Assembly: GCA_033762915.1 (NCBI GenBank) | Contig: JANRLD010000067.1 | Coordinates: 1-16,928 of the forward strand | Direction of reading: 5' to 3' | Length of the DNA: 16,928 bases | DNA from: Meiothermus sp. | GTDB lineage: Bacteria; Deinococcota; Deinococci; Deinococcales; Thermaceae | Shown here: piece after piece, positions 14,823 to 16,928 of the stretch | How the letters are laid out: each line of letters begins with the position of its first letter | Position numbering within the stretch: position 1 is the stretch's first letter | Translations under genes and position numbers: made by a program | The notes under the pieces: model-generated | The model's input: the letters and a program-made list of their open reading frames with translations, nothing else | Database searches by the model: none | What the model was told of the DNA's origin: nothing

Positions 14823-15488
14823 TCAAACCAGCTCGAGCAGCCCCCGCAGATCGTGCAAAGCCTTGGGGTTTTGCCGGTAGGGGTCGAAGAGTACGGCGCG
14901 AATCCCGGCCGCGGTCGCCCCCACGATGTCGTCCGGCGAGTCGCCGATGTGGATGGCCTCCAACGGCCCGACGCCCAGCCTTTGGAGCACAACCTGGAAA
15001 AAGCGGGGGTCGGGCTTGGCGACGCCCTCGAGGGCCGAGACGCCCAGGTAGTCGAAGTAGGGGGCCAGACCGGTGGCCTCGAGCACCCCCGGCAAGGTCC
15101 AGTCCCAGTTGGAGACCGTGGCCAGCTTCAGGCCCCGGCCCTTCAGCTCGACCAGAACCTCTCGAGCGCCCGGCGTGAGGGGCCACACCTCGGGGCTGCG
15201 CCAGTTAGCCTTCAGGTAGTCGGCCACCGCGTCGGCGTGGTCGGCCAGCCCGATGCCGCCCATCACCTCGCGGTGGAAGGTGCGCCAGAAGGAAAGCGCA
15301 GTGGCCTCGTCGGTGGCGCTCATGTGGTGGTCGGCATAGTGGGCGTAGGCGTCTCGGATGGCCTGCGGCAGCCGGGCCACGTCAGCCTGCTCGGCGATCC
15401 CCCTGGCCTGCAGGATAGGCCACAGCCAGAGCTTGGGGTGGCCCAGGATCAGGGTGTCGCCCACGTCGAAGAGCACGGCACGTTTCAT
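14823..15488 (-). CDS. HAD-superfamily hydrolase (subfamily IA)
   Basis: Motif I AVLFDVGDTL, VSNWD, KPDPRFF and HIGDSPDDIVGA. Start at MKRAVLF (15488) with TAGGAT 8 nt upstream. Confidence 0.9.
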   Translation of the reverse strand: MKRAVLFDVGDTLILGHPKLWLWPILQARGIAEQADVARLPQAIRDAYAHYADHHMSATDEATALSFWRTFHREVMGGIGLADHADAVADYLKANWRSPEVWPLTPGAREVLVELKGRGLKLATVSNWDWTLPGVLEATGLAPYFDYLGVSALEGVAKPDPRFFQVVLQRLGVGPLEAIHIGDSPDDIVGATAAGIRAVLFDPYRQNPKALHDLRGLLELV

Positions 15489-15514
15489 CTCAGGCAATCC
15501 TACCAACAAAGCCT

Positions 15515-15686
15515 CGAAGGCCGAAGGTCGGGGGCCGAGGGTAAAGGCTGGCGATGCTGCCTTGACTGCGGCAAAGACCGGGGAAGAGGGCGGACGGCAT
15601 GTCGCATCCGGGGTTTGTGCGCAGGTTTTGGGGCTCGAGGCGATCCCGACTGGAGGCGGGCACCGGCGTTCGACCTTCGACCTTCG
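15515..15686. repeat. Heptamer-based inverted repeat pair bracketing the HAD/esterase divergent intergenic region
   Basis: CGAAGGCCGAAGGTCG (15515-15530) and CGACCTTCGACCTTCG (15671-15686) are complementary at 15 of 16 positions. Confidence 0.7.
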
Positions 15687-15692
15687 GCGTAT

Positions 15693-15698
15693 TAAGCT
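15693..15698 (+). promoter_or_regulatory. -10 box (TAAGCT) for a leaderless esterase mRNA
   Basis: TAAGCT-6 nt-ATG 15705, the same geometry as purA. Confidence 0.55.
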
Positions 15699-15704
15699 AC
15701 CCCC

Positions 15705-16661
15705 ATGCTCGAGATTAGCCCCCGCTCCGTCACCTTTCATCCGCCCGAAAATGCGAAACATCTGGTGGGCGACTTCACCGACTGGGACAAGCGGCCCATT
15801 CCCGTCCAGGGGCCGCTGACCCTCGAGTTCCCCGAGGGGGCCTACCTCGAGTACGCCTACCTCGACGCCTCAGGCCAGCCCTTCCCCGACCCCTCCAACC
15901 CCCACAAGGCCCAGAACCCCTGGTGGACCTACCCCCGGGCGATCGAGCTGCCCGGCTTTCGGCACCAGCCCCCCAAGCTGCCCAGCAGCCCCGCCGAGGT
16001 GCACCGGCACCGGCTCGAGTCCAGGGCTTTCGGGACGACCCGGCGCTACTACGTCTACGACCCCCAGCACGCCCGGGCCACCCTCTACGTACACGACGGC
16101 GTGGCCTACTACCGCACCGCCAAGCTCAACGAGGTAGCGCAGGGGCTCAACGAGGCGGGCGAAATCGAGCCCGTCCGCATCGTCTTCATCGAGCCGGACG
16201 ACCGCCGGGCCGAGTACTGGTTCAACCCCAGGTACGAGGAGCACGTCCTGCAGGAGGTCGTCCCGGCGGTGGAGTCGCACTACGGCCCGACCCCGCAGAA
16301 GGCGCTGATGGGTGCGAGCCTGGGGGGGCTGGTCTCGAGCTGGCTGGCCCTGCGACACCCTGGCCTCTTCCAGAAGGTCGCCACCCAGTCGGCCTGCCTC
16401 ACCGCCTCGCCCGAGGGCGGCGACTCCTACCTCGACCCCGAGTGGCTGACCGCACAGTACGCCGGCTCGCCCGCCCTAGACCTGCGCTTCTACTGCGAGA
16501 CCGGCCAGATCGAGTGGCTGCTGGCCCCCAACCGCCGCTTCGCCGCGATGCTGGCCGACAAGGGATACCGGCACGCCTACCTCGAGCGCCCCAGCGGCCA
16601 CAACTGGATGACCTGGCGGCAGGGTTTGGCCCCGGCGCTGCGGTACCTGTTCGGCAAGTAG
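15705..16661 (+). CDS. Alpha/beta-hydrolase esterase (enterochelin esterase-like) with an N-terminal CBM48/E-set-like domain
   Basis: GASLGG nucleophile elbow, GHNWMTW catalytic His region and YVHDG; N-terminal LVGDFTDW...YLEYAY...DPSNP. Confidence 0.85.
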   Translation: MLEISPRSVTFHPPENAKHLVGDFTDWDKRPIPVQGPLTLEFPEGAYLEYAYLDASGQPFPDPSNPHKAQNPWWTYPRAIELPGFRHQPPKLPSSPAEVHRHRLESRAFGTTRRYYVYDPQHARATLYVHDGVAYYRTAKLNEVAQGLNEAGEIEPVRIVFIEPDDRRAEYWFNPRYEEHVLQEVVPAVESHYGPTPQKALMGASLGGLVSSWLALRHPGLFQKVATQSACLTASPEGGDSYLDPEWLTAQYAGSPALDLRFYCETGQIEWLLAPNRRFAAMLADKGYRHAYLERPSGHNWMTWRQGLAPALRYLFGK

Positions 16662-16742
16662 GCGGGTGGGAGGTGTACCCACACCCCCCACCTTCCCCTG
16701 CCCTTTGTCCTCAGCCAGCCTTGATAGACTGAGCCGGCCTTT

Positions 16743-16928
16743 ATGGAACTGTCCAGCGCCCTGATCGCGATATTGATCATCGTGGCTCTCGAGGCCATCC
16801 TCTCGGTGGACAACGCCATGGTGCTGGCCGTGATGGTGCGGCCCCTGCCCCCCGATCTGCGCCGCAAGGCCCTGCTCTACGGCATCATCGGGGCCTACAT
16901 CCTGCGCGGCCTGGCCTTGCTGTTCGCC
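16743..16928 (+). CDS. TerC-family membrane protein (3' end outside the window)
   Basis: Own translation from ATG 16743: MELSSALIAILIIVALEAILSVDNAMVLAVMVRPLPPDLRRKALLYGIIGAYILRGLALLFA. LExxLSxDN is the TerC signature. Not in the ORF track because it has no stop codon. Confidence 0.88.
   Translation, partial: MELSSALIAILIIVALEAILSVDNAMVLAVMVRPLPPDLRRKALLYGIIGAYILRGLALLFA

Noticed and set aside
384..15695. Apparent excess of TTAA in coding sequence via rare GTT/CTT codons
   Set aside because: About 20 sites, several inside the queA repeat or at stop codons; not clearly above compositional expectation without a formal test.
16662..16742. yybP-ykoY manganese riboswitch expected ahead of terC
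   Set aside because: Only 81 nt with one GC hairpin and a TAGACT box close to the start; I could not see the conserved riboswitch motifs.

Overview
GC-rich bacterial chromosome segment, most likely Deinococcota/Thermaceae (Meiothermus/Calidithermus-like). This assignment is inferred from protein style, TANNNT boxes 6-8 nt upstream of start codons, heptamer intergenic repeats and a large CTCGAG excess. Gene order: partial TPR protein (+); histidine phosphatase, low-GC NucS-like nuclease, purA, aldo/keto reductase, ChoD-like GMC oxidoreductase and a small hypothetical (all -); gnd-zwf-[low-GC orphan]-pgl oxidative pentose phosphate operon and queA (+); fatty acid desaturase, cold-shock protein, NUDIX, CMD-family and HAD hydrolase (all -); esterase and partial TerC (+). 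The strongest oddity is a ~205-bp element inserted in frame inside queA. It has 9-bp terminal inverted repeats and five 39-bp tandem units, each with a palindromic core, and adds about 68 repetitive residues. Other points of interest are a pseudoknot-like structured segment upstream of queA, about 60 CTCGAG palindromes, a csp-desaturase pair with a switch-like leader, and two foreign-looking single genes placed without mobility genes. All counts and coordinates were read by hand; no searches were run.
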